From Utricularia gibba (lineage: Eukaryota > Plantae > Magnoliophyta): a DNA stretch of 64,000 bases. Positions 53,401-62,352 of this stretch are shown piece by piece. How positions within the stretch are numbered: the stretch's first letter is position 1; the number at the start of each line of letters is the position of its first letter. The DNA lies in the NCBI GenBank assembly GCA_002189035.1, contig NEEC01000101.1, positions 1 to 64,000 on the forward strand, written 5' to 3'. The translations under genes were made by a program, and so were the position numbers. Below the pieces are notes generated by a model, which saw only the letters and a program-made list of their open reading frames with translations, had not been told where the DNA came from and searched no databases.

Positions 53401-56400
53401 TGTTGTTGGGAACTTCGTCCGGACCCAAGGTTCGGTCTGACTTCACAGCACAATAAGGTCCCATTCGACGAAAATCGTGATACCTTTATTGAAGTTAGGA
53501 TCTCATGACCGCCCAAATGCTTTTTTCAACAGCATGCTTTAAACTTGAGAAGGCGCTTTTGTGGGTCACCGAGATCGGGCCGGAATTCAGGTCGGGCTTG
53601 GGGACAAAGTCAGCTGTAGCCCGTCAAAAGAAGTGATGCATTTATTAACGTTGGCTTGTCGGCGGCTGCCCACATGGTTTTTAAAGCAACAGCTTGCCGT
53701 TTTAAGGCGGGTGCTGTCGTTGGCAGCTTTGTAAGGGCCCAAGGTTCGGTCTGGCTCCTGAGCCCAATCGGGTCCTACTCGATGAAAATCGTGATGCATT
53801 TGCTTTTGTTAGGATGTCATGAGAACCCCAATGGGTTTTCTCCACACTCTACTTTATATTTGAGAAGGCGCTCTCGGGGGGTTTAGGGATTGGGCCAGAG
53901 GTCGGGTCGGGCTCACGCCCATAGTCAGTTGTAGCCCGGAAAATAAGTCATGCATTTATCAACGTTGGGTTTCGGCGGCTGCCTAAATGGTTTTTCAAGC
54001 AACAGCTTGCCGTTTTAAGGCGGGTGCTGTCGTTGGCAGCTTTGTACGGGCCCAAGGTTTGGTCTGGCTCCTGAGCCCAATCGGGTCCTACTCGATGAAA
54101 ATCGTGATGCATTTAATGAAGTTAGGATGTCATGAGCGCCCCAAATGGTTTTCTCAACAACCTGATTTATATTTGACGAGGTGCTCTAGGCTGGCACTAG
54201 TATCGAGCAAATGGTCGAGTCGCGCTCTGGCCCATAGTCATTTGTAGCCCGGCCAAAAAAGTGATGCATTTATTAACGTTGGGTTTTCGGCGGCTGCCTA
54301 CATGCTTTTTGAGGCAAAAGTTGTCGTTTTTTGGCGGGTGCTGTTGTTGGGAACTTCGTCCGGACCCAAGGTTCGGTCTGACTTCACAGCACAATAAGGT
54401 CCCATTCGACGAAAATCGTGATACCTTTATTGCTGTTAGGATCTCATGATTACCCCAAATGCTTTTTTCAACAGCATGCTATACACTTGAGAAGGCGCTT
54501 TTGTGGGTCACCGAGATCGGCCCGGAATTCGGGTCGAGCTCGGGCCCAAAGTCAGCTGTAGCCCGATAAAAGAAGTGATGCATTTATTAACGTTGGGTTG
54601 TCGGCGGCTGCCCACATGGTTTTTCAAGCAACAGCTTGCCGTTTTAAGGCGGGTGCTGTCGTTGACAGCTTTAAGGGCCCAAGGTTTGGTCTGGCTCCTG
54701 AGCCCAATCGGGTCCTACTCGATGAAAATCGTGATGCATTTAATGAAGTTAGGATGTCATGAGCCCCCAAATGGTTTTCTCAACAACCTGATTTATATTT
54801 GACGAGGTGCTCTAGGCTGGCACTAGTATCGAGCAAATGGTCGAGTCGCGCTCTGGCCCATAGTCATTTGTAGCCTGGTCAAAAAAGCGATGCATTTATT
54901 AACGTTGGGTTTTCGGCGGCTGCCTACATGCTTTTTGAAGCAAAAGTTGTCGTTTTTTGGCGGGTGCTGTTGGGAACTTCGTCCGGACCCAAGGTTCGGT
55001 CTGACTTCACAGCACAATAAGGTCCCATTCGACGAAAATCGTGATACCTTTATTGAAGTTAGGATCTCATGACCGCCCCAAATGCTTTTTTCAACAGCAT
55101 GCTTTAAACTTGAGAAGGCGCTTTTGTGGGTCACCGAGATCGGGCCGGAATTCAGGTCGGGCTTGGGGACAAAGTCAGCTGTAGCCCGTCAAAAGAAGTG
55201 ATGCATTTATTAACGTTGGCTTGTCGCGGCTGCCCACATGGTTTTTAAAGCAACAGCTTGCCGTTTTAAGGCGGGTGCTGTCGTTGGCAGCTTTGTAAGG
55301 CCCAAGGTTCGGTCTGGCTCCTGAGCCCAATCGGGTCCTACTCGATGAAAATCGTGATGCATTTGCTTTTGTTAGGATGTCATGAGAACCCCAATGGGTT
55401 TTCTCCACACTCTACTTTATATTTGAGAAGGCGCTCTCGGGGGTTTAGGGATTGGGCCAGAGGTCGGGTCGGGCTCACGCCCATAGTCAGTTGTAGCCCG
55501 GAAAATAAGTCATGCATTTATCAACGTTGGGTTTTCGGCGGCTGCCTAAATGGTTTTTCAAGCAACAGCTTGCCGTTTTAAGGCGGGTGCTGTCGTTGGC
55601 AGCTTTGTAGGGCCCAAGGTTTGGTCTGGCTCCTGAGCCCAATCGGGTCCTACTCGATGAAAATCGTGATGCATTTAATGAAGTTAGGATGTCATGAGCG
55701 CCCCAAATGGTTTTCTCAACAACCTGATTTATATTTGACGAGGTGCTCTAGGCTGGCACTAGTATCGAGCAAATGGTCGAGTCGCGCTCTGGCCCATAGT
55801 CATTTGTAGCCCGGCCAAAAAAGTGATGCATTTATTAACGTTGGGTTTTCGGCGGCTGCCTACATGCTTTTTCAAGGAAAAGTTGTCGTTTTTTGGCGGG
55901 TGCTGTTGTTGGGAACTTCGTCCGGACCCAAGGTTCGGTCTGACTTCACAGCACAATAAGGTCCCATTCGACGAAAATCGTGATACCTTTATTGCAGTTA
56001 GGATCTCATGATTACCCCAAATGCTTTTTTCAACAGCATGCTATACACTTGAGAAGGCGCTTTTGTGGGTCACCGAGATCGGCCCGGAATTCGGGTCGAG
56101 CTCGGGCCCAAAGTCAGCTGTAGCCCGACAAAAGAAGTGATGCATTTATTAACGTTGGGTTGTCGGCGGCTGCCCACATGGTTTTTCAAGCAACAGCTTG
56201 CCGTTTTAAGGCGGGTGCTGTCGTTGCAGCTTTGTAAGGGCCCAAGGTTTGGTCTGGCTCCTGAGCCCAATCGGGTCCTACTCGATGAAAATCGTGATGC
56301 ATTTAATGAAGTTAGGATGTCATGAGCGCCCCAAATGGTTTTCTCAACAACCTGATTTATATTTGACGAGGTGCTCTAGGCTGGCACTAGTATCGAGCAA

Positions 56401-56997
56401 ATGGTCGAGTCGCGCTCTGGCCCATAGTCATTTGTAGCCGGCAAAAAAGCGATGCATTTATTAACGTTGGGTTTTCGGCGGCTGCCTACATGCTTTTTCA
56501 AGGAAAAGTTGTCGTTTTTTGGCGGGTGCTGTTGTTGGGAACTTCGTCCGGACCCAAGGTTCGGTCTGACTTCACAGCACAATAAGGTCCCATTCGACGA
56601 AAATCGTGATACCTTTATTGAAGTTAGGATCTCATGACCGCCCCAAATGCTTTTTTCAACAGCATGCTTTAAACTTGAGAAGGCGCTTTTGTGGGTCACC
56701 GAGATCGGGCCGGAATTCAGGTCGGGCTTGGGGGACAAAGTCAGCTGTAGCCCGTCAAAAGAAGTGATGCATTTATTAACGTTGGTTGTCGGCGGCTGCC
56801 CACATTTTTCAAGCAACAGCTTGCCGTTTTAAGGCGGGTGCTGTCGTTGGCAGCTTTGTAAGGGCCCAAGGTTCGGCTCCTGAGCCCAATCGGGTCCTAC
56901 TCGATGAAAATCGTGATGCATTTGCTTTTGTTAGGATGTCATGAGAACCCCAATGGGTTTTCTCCACACTCTACTTTATATTTGAGAAGGCGCTCTC

Positions 56998-57033
56998 GGG
57001 GGGTTTAGGGATTGGGCCAGAGGTCGGGTCGGG
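56998..57033 (+). other. Putative G-quadruplex-forming motif containing a plant-type telomere repeat (example; one per intact HOR, in the E tail)
   Basis: GGGGGG TTTA GGG ATT GGG CCAGAGGTC GGG TC GGG has five G-tracts of 3 or more with loops of 4, 3, 9 and 2 nt. Folding is predicted from the motif only. Confidence 0.55.
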
Positions 57034-57051
57034 CTCACGCCCATAGTCAGT

Positions 57052-57365
57052 TGTAGCCCGGAAAATAAGTCATGCATTTATCAACGTTGGGTTTTCGGCG
57101 GCTGCCTAAATGGTTTTTCAAGCAACAGCTTGCCGTTTTAAGGCGGGTGCTGTCGTTGGCAGCTTTGTACGGGCCCAAGGTTTGGTCTGGCTCCTGAGCC
57201 CAATCGGGTCCTACTCGATGAAAATCGTGATGCATTTAATGAAGTTAGGATGTCATGAGCGCCCCAAATGGTTTTCTCAACAACCTGATTTATATTTGAC
57301 GAGGTGCTCTAGGCTGGCACTAGTATCGAGCAAATGGTCGAGTCGCGCTCTGGCCCATAGTCATT
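57052..57365. repeat. Monomer type A (example)
   Basis: Head CAGTTGTAGCCCGGAAAATAAGTCATGCATTTATCAACG...CTGCCTAAATGG; tail TTTAATGAAGTTAGGATGTCATGAGCGCCCC...GGCACTAGTATCGAGC...CTCTGGCCCAT. Confidence 0.9.
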
Positions 57366-57679
57366 TGTAGCCCGGCCAAAAAAGTGATGCATTTATTAAC
57401 GTTGGGTTTTCGGCGGCTGCCTACATGCTTTTTCAAGGAAAAGTTGTCGTTTTTTGGCGGGTGCTGTTGTTGGGAACTTCGTCCGGACCCAAGGTTCGGT
57501 CTGACTTCACAGCACAATAAGGTCCCATTCGACGAAAATCGTGATACCTTTATTGCTGTTAGGATCTCATGATTACCCCAAATGCTTTTTTCAACAGCAT
57601 GCTATACACTTGAGAAGGCGCTTTTGTGGGTCACCGAGATCGGCCCGGAATTCGGGTCGAGCTCGGGCCCAAAGTCAGC
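57366..57679. repeat. Monomer type B (example)
   Basis: Head CATTTGTAGCCCGGCCAAAAAAGTG, body GGGAACTTCGTCCGGACCC...CACAGCACAATAAGG, tail TATTGCTGTT...GATTACCCC...CTATACAC...GGGTCGAGCTCGGGCCCAA. Confidence 0.9.
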
Positions 57680-57994
57680 TGTAGCCCGACAAAAGAAGTG
57701 ATGCATTTATTAACGTTGGGTTGTCGGCGGCTGCCCACATGGTTTTTCAAGCAACAGCTTGCCGTTTTAAGGCGGGTGCTGTCGTTGGCAGCTTTGTAAG
57801 GGCCCAAGGTTTGGTCTGGCTCCTGAGCCCAATCGGGTCCTACTCGATGAAAATCGTGATGCATTTAATGAAGTTAGGATGTCATGAGCGCCCCAAATGG
57901 TTTTCTCAACAACCTGATTTATATTTGACGAGGTGCTCTAGGCTGGCACTAGTATCGAGCAAATGGTCGAGTCGCGCTCTGGCCCATAGTCATT
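57680..57994. repeat. Monomer type C (example): E-like head joined to A-like tail
   Basis: Head CAGCTGTAGCCCGA(T/C)AAAAGAAGTG...GGGTTGTCGGCGGCTGCCCACATGG resembles E; the second half is essentially identical to the second half of A. Confidence 0.9.
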
Positions 57995-58308
57995 TGTAGC
58001 CTGGTCAAAAAAGTGATGCATTTATTAACGTTGGGTTTTCGGCGGCTGCCTACATGCTTTTTCAAGGAAAAGTTGTCGTTTTTTGGCGGGTGCTGTTGTT
58101 GGGAACTTCGTCCGGACCCAAGGTTCGGTCTGACTTCACAGCACAATAAGGTCCCATTCGACGAAAATCGTGATACCTTTATTGAAGTTAGGATCTCATG
58201 ACCGCCCCAAATGCTTTTTTCAACAGCATGCTTTAAACTTGAGAAGGCGCTTTTGTGGGTCACCGAGATCGGGCCGGAATTCAGGTCGGGCTTGGGGACA
58301 AAGTCAGC
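57995..58308. repeat. Monomer type D (example), sister of B
   Basis: Same body as B, but the tail reads TATTGAAGTT...GACCGCCCC...CTTTAAAC...CAGGTCGGGCTTGGGGACAA. Confidence 0.9.
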
Positions 58309-58611
58309 TGTAGCCCGTCAAAAGAAGTGATGCATTTATTAACGTTGGTTGTCGGCGGCTGCCCACATTTTTTAAAGCAACAGCTTGCCGTTTTAAGGCG
58401 GGTGCTGTCGTTGGCAGCTTTGTAAGGGCCCAAGGTTCGGCTCCTGAGCCCAATCGGGTCCTACTCGATGAAAATCGTGATGCATTTGCTTTTGTTAGGA
58501 TGTCATGAGAACCCCAATGGGTTTTCTCCACACTCTACTTTTATTTGAGAAGGCGCTCTCGGGGGTTTGGATTGGGCCAGAGGTCGGGTCGGGCTCACGC
58601 CCATAGTCAGT
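58309..58611. repeat. Monomer type E (example), carrying the G-rich block
   Basis: Head CAGCTGTAGCCCGTCAAAAGAAG; distinctive tail GCATTTGCTTTTGTTAGG...CCACACTCTACTTT...GCGCTCTCGGGGG TTT(A)GG(G)ATTGGGCCAGAGGTCGGGTCGGGCTCACGCCCAT. Confidence 0.9.
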
Positions 58612-60173
58612 TGTAGCCCGGAAAATAAGTCATGCATTTATCAACGTTGGGTTTTCGGCGGCTGCCTAAATGGTTTTTCAAGCAACAGCTTGCCGTTTTA
58701 AGGCGGGTGCTGTCGTTGGCAGCTTTGTAAGGGCCCAAGGTTTGGTCTGGCTCCTGAGCCCAATCGGGTCCTACTCGATGAAAATCGTGATGCATTTAAT
58801 GAAGTTAGGATGTCATGAGCGCCCCAAATGGTTTTCTCAACAACCTGATTTATATTTGACGAGGTGCTCTAGGCTGGCACTAGTATCGAGCAAATGGTCG
58901 AGTCGCGCTCTGGCCCATAGTCATTTGTAGCCCGGCCAAAAAAGTGATGCATTTATTAACGTTGGGTTTTCGGCGGCTGCCTACATGCTTTTTCAAGGAA
59001 AAGTTGTCGTTTTTTGGCGGGTGCTGTTGTTGGGAACTTCGTCCGGACCCAAGGTTCGGTCTGACTTCACAGCACAATAAGGTCCCATTCGACGAAAATC
59101 GTGATACCTTTATTGCTGTTAGGATCTCATGATTACCCCAAATGCTTTTTTCAACAGCATGCTATACACTTGAGAAGGCGCTTTTGTGGGTCACCGAGAT
59201 CGGCCCGGAATTCGGGTCGAGCTCGGGCCCAAAGTCAGCTGTAGCCCGATAAAAGAAGTGATGCATTTATTAACGTTGGGTTGTCGGCGGCTGCCCACAT
59301 GGTTTTTCAAGCAACAGCTTGCCGTTTTAAGGCGGGTGCTGTCGTTGACAGCTTTGTAAGGGCCCAAGGTTTGGTCTGGCTCCTGAGCCCAATCGGGTCC
59401 TACTCGATGAAAATCGTGATGCATTTAATGAAGTTAGGATGTCATGAGCGCCCCAAATGGTTTTCTCAACAACCTGATTTATATTTGACGAGGTGCTCTA
59501 GGCTGGCACTAGTATCGAGCAAATGGTCGAGTCGCGCTCTGGCCCATAGTCATTTGTAGCCCGGCCAAAAAAGTGATGCATTTATTAACGTTGGGTTTTC
59601 GGCGGCTGCCTACATGCTTTTTCAAGGAAAAGTTGTCGTTTTTTGGCGGGTGCTGTTGTTGGGAACTTCGTCCGGACCCAAGGTTCGGTCTGACTTCACA
59701 GCACAATAAGGTCCCATTCGACGAAAATCGTGATACCTTTATTGAAGTTAGGATCTCATGACCGCCCCAAATGCTTTTTTCAACAGCATGCTTTAAACTT
59801 GAGAAGGCGCTTTTGTGGGTCACCGAGATCGGGCCGGAATTCAGGTCGGGCTTGGGGGACAAAGTCAGCTGTAGCCCGTCAAAAGAAGTGATGCATTTAT
59901 TAACGTTGGTTGTCGGCGGCTGCCCACATTTTCAAGCAACAGCTTGCCGTTTTAAGGCGGGTGCTGTCGTTGGCAGCTTTGTAAGGGCCCAAGGTTCGGC
60001 TCTCCTGAGCCCAATCGGGTCCTACTCGATGAAAATCGTGATGCATTTGCTTTTGTTAGGATGTCATGAGAACCCCAATGGGTTTTCTCCACACTCTACT
60101 TTATATTTGAGAAGGCGCTCTCGGGGGTTTGGGATTGGGCCAGAGGTCGGTCGGGCTCACGCCCATAGTCAGT

Positions 60174-62352
60174 TGTAGCCCGGAAAATAAGTCATGCATT
60201 TATCAACGTTGGGTTTTCGGCGGCTGCCTAAATGGTTTTTCAAGCAACAGCTTGCCGTTTTAAGGCGGGTGCTGTCGTTGGCAGCTTTGTAAGGGCCCAA
60301 GGTTTGGTCTGGCTCCTGAGCCCAATCGGGTCCTACTCGATGAAAATCGTGATGCATTTAATGAAGTTAGGATGTCATGAGCGCCCCAAATGGTTTTCTC
60401 AACAACCTGATTTATATTTGACGAGGTGCTCTAGGCTGGCACTAGTATCGAGCAAATGGTCGAGTCGCGCTCTGGCCCATAGTCATTTGTAGCCCGGCCA
60501 AAAAAGTGATGCATTTATTAACGTTGGGTTTTCGGCGGCTGCCTACATGCTTTTTCAAGGAAAAGTTGTCGTTTTTTGGCGGGTGCTGTTGTTGGGAACT
60601 TCGTCCGGACCCAAGGTTCGGTCTGACTTCACAGCACAATAAGGTCCCATTCGACGAAAATCGTGATACCTTTATTGCTGTTAGGATCTCATGATTACCC
60701 CAAATGCTTTTTTCAACAGCATGCTATACACTTGAGAAGGCGCTTTTGTGGGTCACCGAGATCGGCCCGGAATTCGGGTCGAGCTCGGGCCCAAAGTCAG
60801 CTGTAGCCCGATAAAAGAAGTGATGCATTTATTAACGTTGGGTTGTCGGCGGCTGCCCACATGGTTTTTCAAGCAACAGCTTGCCGTTTTAAGGCGGGTG
60901 CTGTCGTTGGCAGCTTTGTAAGGGCCCAAGGTTTGGTCTGGCTCCTGAGCCCAATCGGGTCCTACTCGATGAAAATCGTGATGCATTTAATGAAGTTAGG
61001 ATGTCATGAGCGCCCAAATGGTTTTCTCAACAACCTGATTTTTATTGACGAGGTGCTTTAGCTGGCTCTAGTATCGAGCAAATGGTCGAGTCGCGCTCTG
61101 GCCCATAGTCATTTTTAGCCCGGCAAAAAAGTGATGCATTTATTAACGTTGGGTTTTCGGCGGCTGCCTACATGCTTTTTCAAGGAAAAGTTGTCGTTTT
61201 TTGGCGGGTGCTGTTGTTGGGAACTTCGTCCGGACCCAAGGTTCGGTCTGACTTCACAGCACAATAAGGTCCCATTCGACGAAAATCGTGATACCTTTAT
61301 TGAAGTTAGGATCTCATGATTACCCCAAATGCTTTTTTCAACAGCATGCTATACACTTGAGAAGGCGCTTTTGTGGGTCACCGAGATCGGCCCGGAATTC
61401 GGGTCGAGCTCGGGCCCAAAGTCAGCTGTAGCCCGAAAAGAAGTGATGCATTTATTAACGTTGGGTTGTCGGCGGCTGCCCACATGGTTTTTCAAGCAAC
61501 AGCTTGCCGTTTTAAGGCGGGTGCTGTCGTTGGCAGCTTTGTAAGGGCCCAAGGTTGGTCTGGCTCCTGAGCCCAATCGGGTCCTACTCGATGAAAATCG
61601 TGATGCATTTAATGAAGTTAGGATGTCATGAGCGCCCCAAATGGTTTTCTCAACAACCTGATTTATATTTGACGAGGTGCTCTAGGCTGGCACTAGTATC
61701 GAGCAAATGGTCGAGTCGCGCTCTGGCCCATAGTCATTTGTAGCCTGGCAAAAAAGCGATGCATTTATTAACGTTGGGTTTTCGGCGGCTGCCTACATGC
61801 TTTTTCAAGGAAAAGTTGTCGTTTTTTGGCGGGTGCTGTTGTTGGGAACTTCGTCCGGACCCAAGGTTCGGTCTGACTTCACAGCACAATAAGGTCCCAT
61901 TCGACGAAAATCGTGATACCTTTATTGAAGTTAGGATCTCATGACCGCCCCAAATGCTTTTTTCAACAGCATGCTTTAAACTTGAGAAGGCGCTTTTGTG
62001 GGTCACCGAGATCGGGCCGGAATTCAGGTCGGGCTTGGGGACAAAGTCAGCTGTAGCCCGTCAAAAGAAGTGATGCATTTATTAACGTTGGGTTGTCGGC
62101 GGCTGCCCACATTTTCAAGCAACACTTGCCGTTTTAAGGCGGTGCTGTCGTTGGCAGCTTTGTAAGGGCCCAAGGTTCGGCTCCTGAGCCCAATGGGTCC
62201 TACTCGATGAAAATCGTGATGCATTTGCTTTTGTTAGGATGTCATGAGAACCCCAATGGGTTTTCTCCACACTCTACTTTATATTTGAGAAGGCGCTCTC
62301 GGGGTTTTGGGATTGGGCCAGAGGTCGGGTCGGGCTCACGCCCATAGTCAGT
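60174..62352. repeat. 7-mer HOR variant A-(B-C)2-D-E, same haplotype as 1619-3795
   Basis: A heads are 2179 bp apart; the first C carries the rare tail GATTTTTATTGACGAGGTGCTTTAGCTGGCTCTAG. Confidence 0.85.

Larger units (their letters stand above)
57052..58611. repeat. Representative 5-mer HOR unit A-B-C-D-E (1560 bp)
   Basis: Monomer starts: A 57052, B 57366, C 57680, D 57995, E 58309, next A 58612. Central-sector examples measure 1569-1570 bp (19348-20916, 47668-49237). Confidence 0.93.

Noticed and set aside
14061-57010. Interstitial telomeric repeat array
   Set aside because: Only one TTTAGGG occurs per HOR, with degenerate neighbours. It is kept as a single-motif finding rather than annotated as telomeric DNA.
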